From the NCBI GenBank assembly GCA_963754315.1, contig CAVWFS010000010.1, forward strand, positions 78,527 to 142,526: 64,000 nucleotides of DNA, written 5' to 3'. Position numbers and translations under genes: made by a program. The notes below the pieces were generated by a model. It searched no databases. It was not told the origin of the DNA and saw only the letters and a program-made list of their open reading frames with translations. Positions 51,351-63,006 of the stretch are shown piece after piece (the first letter of the stretch is position 1; each line of letters begins with the position of its first letter). The DNA is from an uncultured Candidatus Rokubacteria bacterium (GTDB lineage Bacteria > Methylomirabilota > Methylomirabilia > Rokubacteriales > CSP1-6).

Positions 51351-54300
51351 CGCGCATGGCCGGGCTCAGGAAGGTCATCGTACTGGGAAGCTCCGCGCTC
51401 AAGATCGGCGAGGCCGGCGAGTTCGACTACTCGGGCAGCCAGGCCATCAAGGCTCTCCGGGACGAGGGCATCTCCACGGTGCTGGTCAACCCCAACATCG
51501 CGACGATTCAGACCTCCGACCACCTGGCCGACAAGGTCTACTTCCTTCCCGTCACGCCTGAGTTCGTCGAGCGCATCATCGACAAGGAGCGTCCCGATGG
51601 CATCCTGCTCGGCTTCGGCGGGCAAACCGCGCTCAACTGCGGCCTCGAACTGGCCAAGCAGGGGCGTATTCGAAAAATACGACGTAAAGGTCCTGGGGAC
51701 TCCCGTCGCCGTGATCGAGGCGACCGAGGACCGTCAGCTCTTCACCCGCCGTCTGGCGGAGATCGGCGTCAAGGTCCCACGCAGTATGGCCGTGGTGACG
51801 AAGGCCGACGCCGTGCAGAAGGCGCAGGAGCTGGGCTTTCCCGTGATGATTCGCGTCTCGTTCGCCCTGGGCGGGTTGGGTTCTGGCGTCTGCTTCGATG
51901 CCGAGCACGTGGCCGAGCTTGCCGAGAAGGCCCTGGCCTACAGCCCCCTCATTCTCGTCGAGGAGTATCTGGAGGGCTGGAAGGAGATCGAGTACGAAGT
52001 TGTCCGCGATCGTCACGACAACTGCATCACGGTCTGCAACATGGAGAACGTGGATCCCATGGGGATCCACACGGGCGAGAGCATCGTGGTGGCGCCGAGC
52101 CAGACTCTGACCAACTCCGAGTACCACATGCTCCGGAGCCTGGCCATCAAGGTGATCAGGCACCTGGGGATCGTCGGGGAGTGCAACATCCAGTACGCTC
52201 TCGACCCCCGGTCCGACGACTATCGGGTTATCGAGGTCAACGCCCGACTTTCCCGCAGCTCGGCTCTCGCTTCGAAGGCCACGGGCTACCCTCTTGCCTT
52301 TGTGGCGGCCAAGCTGGCGCTGGGCCACAGCCTGGTCGATCTCAAGAACGCTGTCACGCGCCAGACGATGGCGTGCTTCGAACCTGCGCTCGACTATGTG
52401 GTGGTCAAGGTCCCGCGCTGGGATCTCAAGAAGTTCCGCAAGGTCTCGACGCGGATTGGCTCCGGTATGAAGTCGGTCGGCGAGGTCATGGCCATCGGGC
52501 GAAGCTTCGAGGAAGCCCTCCAGAAGGCGCTCCGGATGCTGGAGATCGGCGTCGATGGTCTGGTGGCCAACGACGGCCCGCTGCCCGCGGAGATCACGGA
52601 GGTGCTACGCCACCCCACTGACGAGAGAATCCTGTACGTTCCCGCCGCCTTGCGGGCAGGCTATAGCGTCGACCGCGTTCATGAGCTCACGCATATCACT
52701 CCCTGGTTCCTCCAGAAGATCGCGCGCGTCCTCGAGGTCGAGGACCACCTGGCTGTCTACGCCGGGGGCATCTGCCCGAAGGGTGCTCTGGAGGAGGCGA
52801 AGCGGGCCGGGTTCTCCGATGTGCAGATTGGTCGCATTCTGCGGACGAACGAGGCCGATGTCAGGGCGATGCGGCGAAACTACGGTCTCATTCCCCACGT
52901 CAAGCAAATAGACACACTCGCCGCTGAGTACCCCGCCGAGACCAACTTCCTCTACTTGACCTACAACGGCAGTGTGAGCGACGGGCCACCCGCCGGCCGG
53001 CAGGCGGTCATGGTACTCGGGTCGGGGGTGTACCGCATTGGCAGCTCCGTAGAGTTCGACTGGTGCTGCGTGAATGCCGTGATGACCTTACGCCGCCTCG
53101 GCTACCAGACCATTCTTATCAACTACAACCCCGAAACCGTCAGTACCGACTACGACGAGTGCGACCGTCTCTACTTCGAGGAGCTGACCTTCGAGACGAT
53201 CAGCGAAATTTATGAACGGGAGCAGCCACTCGGGATCATCGTGTCCATGGGCGGGCAAACCGCCAACACATTGGCTCTCAAGCTGCACCAGGCCGGGATG
53301 CGAGTGCTGGGCACGCATCCGGAGCGCATCGACGAGGCGGAGGACCGCCACAAGTTCTCCTCGCTTCTGGACCGGCTCGGGATCGACCAGCCCGAATGGC
53401 GCGAGCTCAGCTCTATCGAGGAAGCCAAGGCCTTCGCGAACGAGGCGAGCTACCCGGTGCTCGTGCGGCCGTCCTACGTGCTCAGCGGCTCCGCCATGGC
53501 GGTGGCCTCGAACCACGCCGAACTGGAGCGCTTCCTGGGAAAGGCCGTCGATGTATCACGCGAGCATCCTGTGGTCATCAGCAAGTTCATCGAGCACGCC
53601 AAGGAGATCGAACTAGACGGGGTAGCCCGTGACGGCGACCTGCTGGCCTACGCGATCAGCGAGCATGTGGAGAATGCCGGCGTGCACTCCGGTGACGCCA
53701 CGCTGGTCACCCCGCCCCAGCGCACGTATCTGGAGACCATCCGGCGCGTCCGGAGCATTGGCCAGCAGATCGCGGCCGCGCTGCACATCACGGGTCCGTT
53801 CAACATCCAGTTCATCGCCCAGGGGACGGCCGTGAAGGTGATCGAATGTAACCTGCAGGGCGTCCCGCAGTTTCCCGTTTGTCTCGAAGGTCTACAAGCG
53901 AAACCTCATCGACCTCGCCACGCGGGTGATCATCGAGGCACCGGTGGACACACCCCTGACTTCCTTCATGGAGCTGGATTATGTGGGCGTGAAGGCGCCG
54001 CAGTTCTCCTTCACGCGCCTCGAAGGGGCCGACCCGACGCTTGGGCGTGGAGATGGCCTCCACCGGAGAAGTTGGCTGCCTGGGCGACGACTTCGAGGAA
54101 GCTTTCTTGAAGGCGATGCTCTCCGTGGGCACCCGGCTGCCCGTCCGAAGTGCGCTGCTTTCAACCGGCCCGCTCGAGGACAAGGCGGCCTTCGTGCCGA
54201 GCATCCGGGCGCTGCTGGGTCTGGGCATTCGGCTCTTCGCGACTCGCGGAACCGCGGACTTCATGCGGCAATACGGGGTCGAGCTCGAGAGGCTTCACTG

Positions 54301-54547
54301 GCCGCTCGAGAAGGCCAGCCCCAACGTCCTGGACTATCTCGGCAACGGAGAGATCGACCTCGTCATCAATATCCCGAAGAACTACCAGGAGGATGAGCTG
54401 ACCAACGACTACATCATCCGGCGTAAAGCTGTGGACTTCGCCATCCCGCTCATCACCGAGCTACGCCTGGCCCAGAGACTCGTCGAGGCGCTCGTCGCGA
54501 AGGGTCTCGAGAGCCTCGCCGTCAAGAGCTGGGACGAGTATGAGTAG
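51347..54547 (+). CDS. carB: Carbamoyl-phosphate synthase large subunit (frameshifts near 51660, 53858, 54042)
   Basis: [55 protein letters not shown] domain. Confidence 0.95.
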
Positions 54548-54597
54548 GGAGTGTCGTGTGCGCGACTGACCTCCCTTCGATGGTGTGGAACAAGCCT

Positions 54598-54613
54598 TGG
54601 CAACTGCCTTGCA
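54598..54613 (+). promoter_or_regulatory. Sigma-54 promoter TGGCAACTGCCTTGCA upstream of the wzc-like gene
   Basis: GG-N10-GC, TTGCA. Confidence 0.7.
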
Positions 54614-54856
54614 GTTAGGTCTGTTCGTAACGAAATTGTCCCGATGGCATTTAGGGAGATATGAGAGTGGGTTTTTTGTCGGTTGATCGACCTCTCCGTG
54701 GCTTCGCGACGGCGATGCCCTCGGAGCAGCAGGCTCTTTTGAGGCTCAGCCTGGCTCTAGATAGGACAGCGGTGCCACAAGGTCTGACAGTCGTGGGCAA
54801 GGCGCACAAGGTTGATTGGGAGCCGCAGCCCGGAACTAGGGGCTTATTCGGAAGCC

Positions 54857-57161
54857 ATGAAGCACATTGACATGGACGATAAGGCGGTTCCCGGCTTCAA
54901 TTACATCCGGTTCGCTCGCCGAACGCTGCGTGAGCGGTGGTGGATGATCCTGGGTGCATTCGTGCTCGTTGTGCTCCCGGGCATCGCTTTGGTCTACTCC
55001 ACTACTCCCAAGCTCTACGAAGCATCGGCCACCCTCTTCTTCGAAGGGGACAAGAGCGAGAATCCGCTGCTCCGCGGGATCGTTTCCCTCGATGAGACGG
55101 TCCTCAATCTCGCCATTCTGCGCAGCCGGTCTCTCGCGCAAGCTGTGGTTGACGTCCTCCCGCGAGAGAGCAAGGAGGAGCTGCTCAAACGAACCTGGTG
55201 GGCCGAACACAAGGATCGCGCCTACAACGCGGTGCGGCGCGCCCTGGGACGGGAGGTTGTGGTCAACAGCCCGCAGGAGGAGACGCTGAGCCAGCTGCAG
55301 CGGACCCGCATGAACTTCACCGATGCTCAAGGACGGCACGGTGTTGGTCGTCGGCCACGGCTTTCAGTCCCCGGGTGGCCACCGAGCTCGCCAATACGTA
55401 CGTCGACGTCCTGCTCGCGCGGACCGGCTCGCAGGCGCGTGATCAAGCCCGCGCCGTCCGGGAGATGCTCGAGAATCTCCTCGTCCAGACCAAGGCAACC
55501 TGACGAGGCCGAGGAGGCTCTCGGAAGTTCCGGCGCGGGCGGCGAAGGTATGGCCGTCTCCGAGCAGTCGCGGCTCGAAGTGGCCAAGCTGGCCGAGCTC
55601 GAGAACGCTATAGCCGAAGTCAGGTGGCCAAGGAGATCGCCGGAGTCGCCGAGCCTTTCTCCGGGGCGAATCCCAGAAGGCTGGCAAGGCGCCGCCGCCG
55701 CTGCCACGCCCCGGGCGCCAGCGATTCCAGTTCAGACGCTGCGCGAGCGCCTGAACGAGCTCGAGACCAAGCTGGCCGGGCTCAACGAGAAGTACACGGA
55801 TAAGCATCCATTGATCATCGCGACCAGGGCCGAGGTCGATGAGGCCCAGGACAAAACTGCGCCTGGCTCTCATGGGCCAGCAGGACCCGCGGCCGGGCGG
55901 CGCGGTGGTGCTGGGACCGGCGGAGCGCGCGACGCTCTCCAAGCAGATGGCCGACCTCGAGGTGGAGCTGGCCACCCTGCCGCGAGGGAGGACAGCCTCA
56001 GGCAGCGCATGGAGCCGGGCTCGCGCCCTGTCCGTCAACGAGCGGCCGCGAGCTGGAGTACACGACAGGTCTTCCGCGCGGTCGAGAACCAGCGCAACCT
56101 GTTCGGTCTGTACTCGGATCGCCTGAGCCAGGCCCGGATGAGCGAGCAGAGCCAGATCCGGAACATCCGGGTGATCGACCTGGCGAGCATGCCAAGCTTG
56201 CCGAGCACCAAGCCCGATGGTGAAGGGGATGCATGCTGGTGGTGCTCATGGCCGGGCTGGGGTCGGGCCTCGGAGTGGCGACGCTTCTCGAGTACGTTCA
56301 CGAGGTGGTGGAGACCGAAGAGGACGTGGTCAGCGATCACCGGGCTGCCGTGCTGGGCTCGATACCGATCGTCGGCGGCCAGCGCGGGTCCACAACAGCG
56401 CGTGACCACCCGCTGAACTTCCGCGAGGCCACCTCCCCTGCGTCCCTCGCGCTGGAGGCCACGAGAGCGGTGGCCACCTCGCTGGAGCTGCGCGACATGG
56501 ACAAGCTCGGGCCATCATGATCACGAGCGCCAGCGCCGGCGATGGGAAAAACGACGACCCTTCTGAACCTCGGCGAAGCATGGCAGAGACGGGTCGCCGG
56601 GTGTTGCTGATCGACGCCGATCTGCGCCGTCCCGCCCTGCACAGGGCGTTGCGCTCTCCAACGAGGTCGGGCTCTCCGACGTCCTGGGCCCTGGTCGAGG
56701 TGGGCATGCGAAGAGGCCTGCCGGCATCTCGACGACTGGCTGGCCGTCGATACCGCGGGGGCCGGAGCCGGCGAACCCAGGGGCCCTCCTCGGCTCGAAG
56801 CAGGTCAAGACACTCCTGCAGATCGCCCGTGCGCAGGCGGACATGGTCCTCTTCGACTCGGCGCCGGTGATGGCTGTCTCCGACGACCTGCATCTGGCGT
56901 CGCTGGTGGATGGCGTGGTCATGGTCGTGCGCTCCGGAGTCACCCAGCGTCGGAGCCTGACCCGCGCCAGTGGCGCGTCTCGACAAGGTCAGCGCCCCAT
57001 GGTCGGGAGTGATGGTCAACGGTCTGTCCCCGCGCGACGCGCGGCACTATTACTCCGAGCTACACTGCGTATGTTTCCGCTCCCGCGATCACGACGCGAA
57101 GCGCGGGCAGCGCTGGCTGGCGATTCTGGCGCGGCTGAAGACGACGGGAAACGGATCATGA
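54857..57161 (+). CDS. wzc: Polysaccharide co-polymerase/tyrosine autokinase (Wzc/GumC-like); many frameshifts
   Basis: Wzz-like N-terminus (YEASATL, LRSRSLA), YTDKHP, IRVID.A, ITSASAGDGKT, LLIDADLRRP, FDSAP. Confidence 0.8.
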
Positions 57162-58316
57162 GGGGACGAACGCTATCGAGAAGAACAGCGTTCGTCATGT
57201 GGCTGCTGCGCTGTTGTTCCGGGAGATGCTACGTGGCTTGAACCCGGTCGTCGGCCCAGCAGACCGGACTATGTCATCGGGATCGACGACGTGCTGCAGG
57301 TCACCGTCTGGGGCAACAAGGATCTCGAGCAACAGGTCGTGCGGTGCGACCGGACGGGAAGATATCCTTTCCGCTGGCCGGTGAGCTTAAGGCGGCGGGG
57401 CTCACCGTGCCCCAGCTCACGGAGACCCTCACCTAGAAGCTGTCGGATTCCGTCAAGAATCCCAACGTCTCGGTCATGGTCAAGGAGATCAAGAGCTATC
57501 GGGTCTATCTGATGGGGTGTGTGGCCAAGCCCGGGTGTGTATCCCATCCAGGCGGGTACGCCGCTGCTCCAGGCCCTCACCTTGGCGGGGGAGTGTGTCT
57601 GGCGGGATCCGGCCGGCCGCCGCAACCGGTGCCGTCCGGCTTGTCGGAGCCTATCTGATCCGGGGAAACCAGAAGATCCCGGTCGATCTGCGCAAGCTCA
57701 TCCAGGATGGCGATCTCAGCGCACAACATCACCCTCCAAAACCGGGGACAGATCGTCGTCCCCGAGATCGCGACGGCGACCGAGCGAAGTCGGCGATTCC
57801 CAGATCTACCTGCTCGGCAAATTCGCCAAGCCAGGCGTGTATCCGATCAAGCAGGAACTTCCCGTGCTCCACGCGCTGTTCCTCGCGGGCGGCACGGCTC
57901 CCGGAGCTGACTCGAAGAAGGCCTTTCTGGTGCGCGGATCGACCCGAACGCCCGATCGACATCGACCGGCTGATCCAGGACGGTGACCTGTCTCAGAACC
58001 TCATGCTCAAGGCGGGCGATACCCTGACCATCCCCGAGGGGCTCGAGATCCAAGCGCCGTGTTCGTGATGGGTGAAGTGAAGAAGCCAGGACCCTATCCG
58101 CGCGCCGAGGCCTTGACCGTGCTCAAGCTAATGGCCTTGGCCGGTGGCTTCACCGACTATGCCGCCCCCAACCGCACGACCCTGATACGCCAGGAGGGCG
58201 GCAAGAAGGTCGAGAAGCGCATCAACATCAAGGACATCATGAGCGACCCGGCCAGCAACGAAGATCTCCAGCTGAAGGCAGGCGACGTGCTGGTCGTACC
58301 ATCGAAGCTGTTCTAG
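57158..58316 (+). CDS. wza: Polysaccharide export protein with SLBB repeats (Wza-like); many frameshifts
   Basis: DYVIG.DDVLQVTVW, V.GEVKKPG.Y, ALAGGFTDYA, L..GD.L.VP. Confidence 0.8.
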
Positions 58317-58324
58317 GGAGGAGG

Positions 58325-59694
58325 CTACCGGAGGCGCAGGGCCTCGAACAACTGGATGCCAGCCGTCACTCGGTTGGCATCAATATCGTTGAGGTCGGTA
58401 CCGGTGGTGCGTTGGCGGAAATAGTTGTAGGCCAGGAAGGCGGCCAGCCAGCGCGTGACCGGGTAGGTGGCGAGGACCTGAAGGTTGATCGAATCGGTGG
58501 TGCCCAGAGCTCCCACTTCCGCTCGAGTTCGTGTAGTACGGGGCAATGTTCAGGGTCAGCCCGCGCAGGAAGAGATTCGTGATCGTTGCTGACAGCCCGA
58601 CGGTGTTGGTTTCTGCCGATCCACCGAGCCCCCCGTCGGGAGTCTCGGCCCGCGAGACGCGTTAAGCCCGATCGCGCCCCACAGGAAGCTCTTGGTGAGA
58701 GCGAACTGGGCGGCCAGAGTCGTGCCGGTTTGCCCTGAGTGACGATCTGAGGCCCGACACTCAGCGCGACCGCGAGATCTGGCGTGATCCTGATATTCGA
58801 CCCCAGGAAGAATCAGGTGATACTCGACGTCCTGGCCATTGTCGACGTCGGAAAGAGGTACTGGTACTGAAACGTGCCGGTGAGGGTGGGCGTGATTCGC
58901 CGGCTGATGGTCGGGGAAAACGTGTAGGTGTCGTAGGTGCTCAGAGGAACGTTCGGTGAACTCGTTCTGGTCGAAGCTCTGCGTGTACCAGGCAGCCCGG
59001 AGCTGGACTGCGTAACCGGGTCGAACTGCCACGTCAGCGCGGGGCTGACCGTGGCGCCGCGGCTGCGGGTCCGGCCAGTCGAGACCCCCGCGATCCCCGA
59101 GGCCGTCGTATTGTTGTCCTCGAAATAGGCGGCGTCGAGATCGATTCTGAGCTGGGGGGTAAGGTGTAGAAGGTCGCCACGCTGACGCCCCAGCGCGCGA
59201 GAGCGTCGTTCAGTTGGGTTTCCTTGGCGTAGATCTCCGACGTGAAGACGTAGCCCAGGCCGAGAGCCGAAGTCGTGCGTTCGGAAGCCGAGAAGGAGGC
59301 CAGGCGTGAAGCTCGTGATAAAGTCGGATCGCTTGAAGTCGTTGTCGAGAAAGACGTTGTCGGTGTATGCCTCGTCGATGAGGATCGACGGCGTGAGGAC
59401 GAACCGCTCGGCCTGAGGCGGCGGCACCTGCGCTCGGCCTCCTTTTCTCATGAATTGAGTCGGGGCCGCCCGGCTGCCCCGGTAACCCCTACCGCGGGAG
59501 GCGCCGTGTAAGGGCCGAATAGCGGCGAGAACGGAGGGGCGACTTGAGTCTGCTGGAGTCTGAGACGGCTGACTTTGCCCAGCAAGCGCCGGTTGCTCCT
59601 CGATCTGCTGCGCCAAGACCGGAACATGAACCGCGAGGACGTCACTGACGACGAGGAGGAGGGACGCGAAGGCAAGACGTCCGATGCCGTTCAC
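58325..59694 (-). CDS. EPS-associated outer-membrane beta-barrel protein; frameshifted
   Basis: Signal peptide, LTPSI...EAYTDNV, SDFITS.TPG, amphipathic beta strands, C-terminal NRVTAGIQL. Confidence 0.7.
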
Positions 59695-59766
59695 GCGAGC
59701 TTTCTATCACACTCAGTGCGGCCAACCAACCTTTCGGGGGCAGGCGCAGCGCCTCAGGCCACGGTG

Positions 59767-60873
59767 TTACTCGTGGCCGTTCGAACCCACAGGGTCGAGG
59801 CCGATCCCACTCTCCTTCATCTTATAGAGCAGGGCGCGGTAGCTGATGTTGAGCAGCTTCGCCGCGCGAAGGCGGTTCCACCGGGTCTGCTCTAGCATCT
59901 GCAGAATGGCGGCGCGCTCGGCGTTCTGCGCGGCTCGTCGGCCGATCTCCTTCAATGAGACTGGCGATGCGGCGGCCGGTGGGCCAGCGAGCCGCGGCTC
60001 CGGCCGCGTCGGTCGGGGACGAGCGTGGACGCAAGCCCGCTCTTCAGCGAGGTAGGGGTCGTCGAGAACAATCATGCGCTTGATGATGTTCTCGAGCTCG
60101 CGCACGTTGCCGGCGTAGCGGTGCTGCATGAGCCGCCGCACGGTCTCGGGAGCGAGGGTGAACGGCTCGCGCTGGAAGAGCTGGCAGTAGCGGCGGACGA
60201 AGTACTGGGCGAGCGCCGGGATCTCCTCGAGGCGGTCCCGGAGCGGAGGAACGGCGATCTGAATCACATTCAGCCGGTAGAAGAGATCCTCGCGGAAGCT
60301 GCCCGCCGCCACGTTTCGGTCGAGGTCCTGGTTGGTCGCGGCGAGCACCCGCACGTCGACCTTGATGGTCGATCGCCCGCCGACCCGTGAGAACTGCCCA
60401 TCCTGCAAGACGTGGAGCAGCTTGCCCTGCAGGTCGGGATGGAGGTCGCCGATCTCATCGAGAAAGATCGTTCCATGATTGGCCAGCTCGAACTTCCCGA
60501 TCTTCAGCTCGTGGGCGCCCGTGAAGGCTCCTCGCTCGTGACCGAACAGCTCGCTCTCGAGAAGGTCTCGCGGTAGCGCGGCGCAGTTGACCTTGACGAA
60601 GGGGTGCGTACGCCGGGCCGAGAGATGGTGGATCGACCGCGCCACCACGTCCTTGCCGGTCCCCGTCTCGCCGCGGATCAGCACGGTAACGTCGGCCCCT
60701 GAGATCAGGTCGATGATGCCGCGAATCTCCTGCATCCGCGGGCTACACCAGAGCGCGAGCTCTTCGTCCAGGCGGAGCTGAGCATCTTCGCCCGCGCTGA
60801 TGTCACGCCCGTGTCGTGGCGGGGAACTCTCAGGCGCTAGCGCCTGAGCACTTCGGTGCGCAGATGTCGTCAT
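59767..60873 (-). CDS. Sigma-54-dependent enhancer-binding protein (AAA+ and Fis HTH) with no receiver domain
   Basis: [58 protein letters not shown]. Confidence 0.92.
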   Translation of the reverse strand: MTTSAHRSAQALAPESSPPRHGRDISAGEDAQLRLDEELALWCSPRMQEIRGIIDLISGADVTVLIRGETGTGKDVVARSIHHLSARRTHPFVKVNCAALPRDLLESELFGHERGAFTGAHELKIGKFELANHGTIFLDEIGDLHPDLQGKLLHVLQDGQFSRVGGRSTIKVDVRVLAATNQDLDRNVAAGSFREDLFYRLNVIQIAVPPLRDRLEEIPALAQYFVRRYCQLFQREPFTLAPETVRRLMQHRYAGNVRELENIIKRMIVLDDPYLAEERACVHARPRPTRPEPRLAGPPAAASPVSLKEIGRRAAQNAERAAILQMLEQTRWNRLRAAKLLNISYRALLYKMKESGIGLDPVGSNGHE

Positions 60874-61126
60874 AGTTCGTTAATAAGTGATCCCTTGTTT
60901 CCGAATCGTCGAAACGCCTTGGCTACTCGCAGAGTTCATGCCAGGCGTCGCGCCGTCTTGTTGAGCCTGATTTCTCAGGTAGTTCGGCGGCATGTCGCCA
61001 GGCCACTGCCTCCCCTCTCAAGTCGGAAAGCACTTTTAGGACAAAGTTGTCACCTTCTCGGGCAAGCGATGAGTGGCGGGCGCGGATATTTGATGACGAA
61101 ACGAGAAGTTAGCCTCGGAGCAGTAG

Positions 61127-61142
61127 TGGCACGGCTCCTGCT
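61127..61142 (+). promoter_or_regulatory. Sigma-54 promoter TGGCACGGCTCCTGCT upstream of the sugar-modification operon
   Basis: TGGCACG-N4-CTGCT, divergent from the enhancer-binding protein gene. Confidence 0.72.
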
Positions 61143-61325
61143 CATCCTCTGCTGGTCTTTACCTATCGGGTCGCCGTATTTCGCCGGTGTGGAGCGCAGT
61201 TAGCTCCGGCAGGAGAAAGCGTCCGGTCCGCCAGGGAAGGCGCTTCAAATTTGTGGCCCGGCGACCGGGTGCGCCTGGGCTAAGGGGGCCAAGCCGTGCC
61301 AGGAGCCGCAGGCGCTACGCATCTC

Positions 61326-61808
61326 ATGGCGGACGAGTACCTCTGCATTGCTCCGGACGTCAAGCTGGGCAGGGATGTCAAGCTGGCGCGGTTCATCAAC
61401 CTTTACGGGTGCGAGATCGGCGACGAAACCAAGATCGGGACCTTCGTCGAGATCCAGAAGAACGCGACGGTGGGCCGCCGATGCAAGATTTCAAGTCATA
61501 CCTTCATCTGCGAGGGTGTGACCATCGAGGACCAGGTCTTCATCGGCCATGGCGTCACGTTCATTAACGATTCGTATCCCACGAGCGACGACGACCACGG
61601 GAGATCTCCAGACCGAGATGGACTGGAAGGTCGAGGCGACCTTGGTGAAGCAAGGCGCATCGATTGGGTCTGGCGCGACGATCCTCGCAACGTGGTGATC
61701 GGAGAGAACGCCATCGTCGGCGCCGGCAGCGTGGTCACCCGTGACGTGCCGGCCAACACCATCGTCGCGGGAAACCCGGCAAGATTCTTGCGGTACATCA
61801 CCCACTGA
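61326..61808 (+). CDS. Hexapeptide-repeat N-acetyltransferase (WbpD/FdtC-like); frameshifted
   Basis: NLYGCEIG, KISSHTFICEGVTIED.VFIGHGV.F.ND, VGAGSVVT.DVP, GNPAR. Confidence 0.88.
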   Translation: MADEYLCIAPDVKLGRDVKLARFINLYGCEIGDETKIGTFVEIQKNATVGRRCKISSHTFICEGVTIEDQVFIGHGVTFINDSYPTSDDDHGRSPDRDGLEGRGDLGEARRIDWVWRDDPRNVVIGENAIVGAGSVVTRDVPANTIVAGNPARFLRYITH

Positions 61809-61815
61809 CTGAGGC

Positions 61816-63004
61816 ATGCGAATGGGTAGCGATGTGATTCCGTTTTTGGATCTGGCCACGGTTCACCGCGAGCTCAAGCAGGAGCTGGTAGCGGTCTTCG
61901 AGACAAGTCTCGCGACGGCCGGGTTTATCGGCGGCTCGATGGTACTCGAGTTCGAGCGAGAGTTTGCGGAGTTCTGCGAGTCAAGGTCTCTGTCGGCGTG
62001 GCCAATGGCACCGACGCGTTGCGCTTCGCCCTGATGGCGGCTGGCGTCCAGCCAGCGCGACACCGTCGTCACCGTTCCCATACCTTCATCGCGACCACGG
62101 AAGCGATCTCCCAGGCCGGTGCCCGGCCGGAATTCGTCGAGATCGACGAACGCACCTACACCATGGACCAGCAGAAGCTTCGCGCCTATCTGGAGACGGA
62201 GTGCACGCGCGACGCACGGAGCGGCCAGCGGTGAGCAAGCGCACCGGCAGGCCCGTGACGGCGGTCGTCCCCGTTCATCTGTACGGCAGATGGCAGACAT
62301 GGATCCGATCCTCGAACTGGCCGACGAGTATCGCCTCATCATGGTTGAAGACGCCTGCCAGGCGCATGGCGCCGAGTACTTCTCGAACGCAGCGCCGCTG
62401 GCGCAAAGCTGGGTCGATGGGGCGGCCGGCGGCGTTCAGCTTCTATCCAGGCAAGAATCTGGGCGCCTGCGGCGAGGCGGGAGCCGTAACGACGGACGAC
62501 GAGGGGGTGGCCAGGCGGTGTCGGATGCTGCGCGACCACGGCCAGTCGAAGAAGTACATCCACGACTACGCCGGGGTACAACGGGCGGCTCGATGCGATC
62601 CAGGCCGGCATCCTGCGAGTGAAGCTTCGCCATCTGGCCTGGAACGATGAGCGGCGGGAGCGTGCGGACTACGACGAGCTGTTCGCCGAGCGGGCGCGGC
62701 CGTGGTCCTGCCGCCACGTACCGCGTGGTCGCGGCCGGTGTACCACCTGTACGTAGTACGGCAGGGACAGGGAACGACTCCAGCAGGATCTGACCGCCGC
62801 CGGCATCGGCACCGGCATCCATTACCCGGTGCCGCTTCACCTCGGCAAAGCCCTATGAGTGCCCTCGGCTTCCGGCCAGGCGACTTCCCGGTCGCCGAGC
62901 GAGTCGCCGCCAAGACCCTGTCGCTGCCGATGTTTCCCATGCTCTCTCACGAGCAACAGCGCCGCGTGGTGGCTGAGGTGGCTCGGTCCACCGGAGGTAT
63001 CTAG
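61816..63004 (+). CDS. DegT/DnrJ/EryC1/StrS aminotransferase; frameshifted
   Basis: IPFLDL, NGTDAL, PVHLYG, EDACQAHGA, FSFYPGKNLGACGEAG, LSLPMFP. Confidence 0.9.
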
Positions 63005-63006
63005 AG

